Of a DNA stretch of 64,000 nt, positions 60,095-64,000 are shown in pieces. The number at the start of each line of letters is the position of its first letter. Within the stretch, counting starts at the first letter, position 1. The position numbers and the translations under genes were made by a program. A model generated the notes under the pieces. It saw only the letters and a list, made by a program, of their open reading frames with translations. It did not search any database and was not told the DNA's origin. This DNA is from Antechinus flavipes (lineage: Eukaryota): contig NC_067402.1 in the NCBI RefSeq assembly GCF_016432865.1, positions 71,734,001 to 71,798,000 on the forward strand. Reading direction: 5' to 3'.

Positions 60095-63000
60095 AGAATA
60101 TATTTATCTCCCCTCTCAGAATCAGACAAATCCAACCACAAAATAAGCAAGAAAGAAATTAGAGAGGTTAATAGAATCTTAGAAAACCTAGATGTGTTAA
60201 ATTTCTTGGGAAAATTGAATAGGGACAGTTAAGAATATACTTTTTTTCTCGACAGTACATGGCACTTACACAAAAACTGATCATGTATTAGGGCATAAAA
60301 ACTTCACAATAAAATAAAGAAAGGCTGATATAGTAAATGCTTCCTTTGTAGACCATGATACAATAAAAATTAAATAAAGAGCCAGAGAAGTAGACTAAAA
60401 ACTAAATAAAATTACAAATTAATTAATCTACAATTAGATTAATTATTTAGGAAATTAAATGATCTAATTCTAAAGAATGAGTGGATCAAACAACAAATCA
60501 CAGAAACAATCCATAATTTCATTCAAGAGAATGAAAATGATGAAACAACATACTAAAACCTAAGGAATGTAGCCAAAGCAGTTTTTAGGCAAATTTTATC
60601 TCTTTAAATAGCTACATGAATAAAATAGAGAGAGAGGAGAGAGGAGAAAAAAGAGAGAAGAGAAGAGAGAGAGATACCAAAATAGAAATTCCAAAACTCA
60701 AAGGTGAGATTAATTGAAACTAAGAAAGCTATTGAAGTAACTGAAAAAACTAAGAGTTGGTTTTATGAAATAGCCCACAGAATAGACAAATCTTTGGTTA
60801 ATTTGATAAGAAAAAGGAAAGGGAAAAAAAAAAAGCAAAAAAAACAAAAAAAAAAAACAAATCACCAGCATCAAAAATTTAAAAAGTGCACTTACCTCAA
60901 GTGAAAAAAGAAATTTAAGCAATAATTAGGAGCTATTTTGCATATCTGTATGACAACATATCTGACAATCTAACCAAAATGGATGAATATTTACAAAATT
61001 ATCAATTGCCCAGATTAACAGAAGAGGAAACGAAAAACTTGAATAGTCCCATTTTAGAAAAAGAAAGTGAACAAGACCATCAATGAAATTTCCAAGAAAA
61101 AAAATTTTCCAGGGCCAGATGGATTCACAAGTGAATTGTATCAAACATTTAAAGACCAATTAGTACCAATACAATGCAAACTATATGGAAAAATAGGTAA
61201 AGAAGGAGTCCTGCCAAATTCCTTCTATGATACAAATATGCTATTCAAACCTAAACCATGAAGAACCAAAACAGAGAAAGAAAATTACAGACCAATGAAT
61301 ACTGATGCAAAAGTTTTAAATAAAATAATAGCAATTACAGACCAATGAATATTGATGCAAAAATTTTAAATAAAATAAAAGCAAAGACATTATCACAGTT
61401 TATCAGGAGCATAATACACTATGACCAAATGGGATTTATACCAGGAATTCAGGGCTACTTCAATATCAGGAAAACTATTACTATAATTGACCATATCAAT
61501 AACAAAATCAACAGAAATCATATAATAATCTTAGTAAATGCTGAAAAAAGAATTTGACAAAATACAGCATCCATTCCTATTAAAAATACTAGCAAGCATA
61601 GTGATAATGGGAGCTTTCCTTAAAATAATAAGTAGTATCTATCTAAAACCAAAATCAAGCATTATTTGTAATGGACAGATGCCAGATGCATTCCCATAAA
61701 GATCAGGGATGAAACAAGGATGGCCATTATTACTACTATTGTTCAACAGTGTACTATAGATGTTGGCTTCAGCAATAAGAAAATAAAAAGAAATAAAAGG
61801 AATTAGAATAGGTAATGAGGATATAAAATATCATTCAGCAGATAATATGCTAATATTCTTAGAGAATTCTAGCAAAACATTCAAAAACTTATTTGAAACA
61901 GCTTCAGCAAAATTATAGAATGTAAAATAAAGAAACACAATCAACAGCATTTCTATATATTATTGCCAAAGCACAGCAGCAAGAGATACAATGAGAAATT
62001 CCATCTACACTAAGTGTAGACAAAATATTTGGTTGTCTACCTGCTAAGACAAATCCAGAAACTATATGAACACAATTACATAACACTTCAGTGTTATGTC
62101 AAATAAAGCCAGATCCAAATAATAGGAAAAGTATCAATTGTTCATGATTAGGCTAAGCTAATATAATAAAAGATGACAATTCTGCCTAAATTGGTCTATT
62201 TGTTCAGTGCCATGTCAATCAAAATACTAAAATTATTTTATAGAACTAGAAAAATAATTACAAAATTCATTTGGAAGAAGAAAATATCAAGAAAATTATA
62301 GGAATTAATGAAAAAATACAAAAGATAGTGACTTAGCAATACCACATCTAAAACTATATTATAAAGCAGCAGTCATTGAAATAATTTGGTAATGGCTAAG
62401 AAATATAATGGTCCATCAGTGGAGTAGGTTAGATACTCATGACACAATAATCAATACCTATAGCAATCTAATATTTGCTAAATGCCCAAATTGTAACTTG
62501 TGAGTTAAGAACTATTTGACAAAAATTGCTGGAAAAACTGGAAAACAATATGTCAGAAACTCAGTAGAGACCTACATCTCACACCCCATAGCAAAATAAG
62601 GTCAAAATAGCAAAAGGTCATCTTTTATAACGTGATTTGGACATAAAGAATGATACCATAAACAAATGAGGATTGCAAGGGGATAATTTACTTACCAGTT
62701 CTTTGGAGAAGAGAGGAATTTATGACCAAAGAAGAACTAGCAAATATTACAAAAGGCAAAATGGGCAACTTTGATTACATTAACCTAAAAAAAGATTTTA
62801 TACAAACAAAACCAACAGAAACAGATTAAAAGGAAAATACAAAGTTGGGAAAATTTATATCCAGTGTTTCTGTTAAAGGTCTCATTTCTAAAATATATAA
62901 AGAATGGTGTCAAATTTGTAAGACTACAAGTCATTTCATAATTGATTAATGGTCAAAGAATACAAATAGACAATTTTCAGATGACAAAATTAAAGTTATC

Positions 63001-63690
63001 TAAAGTCATATGAAAACAATGTTCTAGATCACTAGTGGTTAGAAAAATGCAAAGTAAAACAACTCTGAAGTACCACCTCACACCTCTCAGATAGGCTAAA
63101 ATGATAGGAAAAGATAATGATAAATGTTCGAGAATATTTGTAACAATGTATTACTAATGTAATACTAATGTGATGTAATACTAATGTAATGCTACTACTG
63201 GGTCTGTATCCCAAAGAAATTATAAAAGAAGGAGAAGGACCCACATATGCAAAAAAGTTTGTAGCAAGTCTTTTGGGGCAGCAAAGAATTGGAAAATGAG
63301 TAAATGACCATCAATCGGGTAATGGCTGAATAATATGGAATATTAGTGTTCTTTAAAAAATGATGAAGAAGCTGATTTTTGAAAAGACTGGAAAGATTTA
63401 CATGAACTGATGCTGAGCCAAACAAGCAGAAGCAGGAATACATTGTATACAAAAGCAAAAAAAAGTGAGATGATCAACTATGAAAGCCTTGCTTCTCAGT
63501 GGTTTAGTGAGCTAAAGATCCCAGTGGACTTTGAATAGAAAATGCCATGTATATCCAGAAAAATTATGGAGATCAAATGTAAATCAACACATGATATGTT
63601 CATTCTTTTTTTCCTACTTTTTTTTGCTCTATTTATTCTAATATTTCTTTCCCAATATGACTCAAAAAGCAATGTGTATTAAAATAAATA
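60095..63690 (+). mobile_element. Large 5'-truncated marsupial L1: decayed ORF2 (late EN, RT, C-term) + 3' UTR
   Basis: ORF track: [43 protein letters not shown]; many stops and frameshifts; ends aataaataaa. Confidence 0.96.
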
Positions 63691-63859
63691 AATACACATT
63701 ATATAAATAAAAACAATGTTAAAACTTTTTTAAGTCATAAATTTTAAAATAAATTATAAAATTAGATGACAAGTGGCTAAAAGTTCTATGCTACCTCCTA
63801 GATATTTTGGGAAAATTTAAAAAAGGAAAATGCCCCAAAACTCTGCTTTATCAAAGAGT

Positions 63860-64000
63860 ATGGACAGTTTTATAGTCCTTTGGACATAGTTCCAAATTGC
63901 TCTCCAGAATGCTTCAATCCACAACTTCACCAACAATGCATTAATGTCTTGGTGTTACCACTTTTCCTCCAGCACTTTTCTTATCCTCTTAGCCAATCTG
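63860..64000 (-). mobile_element. L1 ORF2 3' fragment running off the window
   Basis: catagttccaaattgctctccagaatg...cttcaccaacaatgcattaatgtc. Confidence 0.8.

Noticed and set aside
60704-61557. L1 ORF2 fragments as a functional gene or domesticated RT
   Set aside because: Frequent stops, frameshifts, A-run expansions and deletions.
1-64000. CRISPR array, prokaryotic or viral system, NUMT, rRNA, miRNA
   Set aside because: No regularly spaced repeats, operon-like ORFs or recognisable RNA-gene sequence; all diagnostic content is mammalian repeat DNA.

Overview
AT-rich, CpG-depleted marsupial genomic DNA, most likely a dasyurid (Tasmanian devil-like). This is inferred from the repeat families: MAR1-type SINEs with RTE tails, short WSINE-type SINEs, a 7SL-derived element, a BovB-type RTE and marsupial L1 3' UTRs. 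It has four N gaps. I recognise no intact protein-coding gene, tRNA, rRNA or CRISPR array, so it reads as intron or intergenic DNA. The supplied ORFs are microsatellite, gap or repeat artefacts, apart from decayed L1 ORF2 (~60.1-63.7 kb) and BovB ORF2 (~10.8-11.4 kb). A large part of the window is retroposon-derived. The best-supported unusual observation is a 172-bp inverted duplication (171/172 identical) that copies an L1 5'-truncation junction plus its flank back into the same L1. Several smaller templated-insertion, fold-back and tandem-duplication scars also occur. Non-repetitive CpG-retaining islands (28.7-29.1 kb, 50.1-50.5 kb) look regulatory. A few exon-like segments are flagged at low confidence. 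I cannot support a claim of a new biological system. Repeat names come from recalled consensus sequences and most repeat boundaries are approximate.
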